DNA from: the human T2T-CHM13v2.0 reference genome, Homo sapiens
Length of the DNA stretch: 64,000 bases
Assembly: GCF_009914755.1 (NCBI RefSeq)
Contig: NC_060944.1
Direction: 5' to 3' (one strand)
Shown here in pieces: positions 63,940 to 64,000 of this stretch. The notes under the pieces were generated by a model. The model saw nothing but the letters and a program-made list of their open reading frames with translations. It did no database searches and had not been told where the DNA came from. The number at the start of each line of letters is the position of its first letter. The stretch's first letter is position 1. The position numbers were made by a program, and so were the translations under genes.

Positions 63940-64000
63940 ATTTTTTTGTAACTGGAGCCACGACGTAACAAATATGGGGAAAAAACTGTGCCTTGTTTCA

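Larger units (their letters stand above)
62631..64000 (+). other. DNMT3B: 3'UTR (may continue past the window)
   Basis: Repeat-free sequence after the stop codon, with miRNA seed matches and a poly(A) signal. Confidence 0.85.

Overview
Human genomic DNA spanning almost all of DNMT3B (de novo DNA cytosine-5 methyltransferase 3B) on the + strand. About 17 kb of Alu/L1/L2/MER-rich upstream sequence precedes a CpG-island promoter and non-coding exon 1 (~17113-17427). An alternative first exon (~34760-34875) adds 12 N-terminal residues. 22 coding exons (ATG 35054 to TAG 62630) all have GT-AG introns and join by hand to 2562 nt = 853 aa (PWWP, ADD and C5-MTase domains). The 3'UTR runs to the window end. 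Nearly all ORF-track entries are Alu or GC-rich artefacts. No CRISPR array, RNA gene or wholly new gene system can be supported. The best leads are: (1) a 27-bp exact copy of intron-22 sequence, carrying an octamer motif, inserted into an intron-10 Alu 12.7 kb away with a 16-bp flanking duplication; (2) an antisense solo LTR7 (HERV-H) in intron 6 with a private 20-bp duplication, eroded TATA/SOX sites and a two-way poly(A) signal; (3) a 66-bp tandem duplication in intron 21 creating twin CAG|GTA junctions that could define an in-frame 22-aa cryptic exon in the catalytic domain. Repeat boundaries are by eye (about +/-20 bp). Repeat family names, SNP IDs and isoform names are recalled from memory and need database confirmation.
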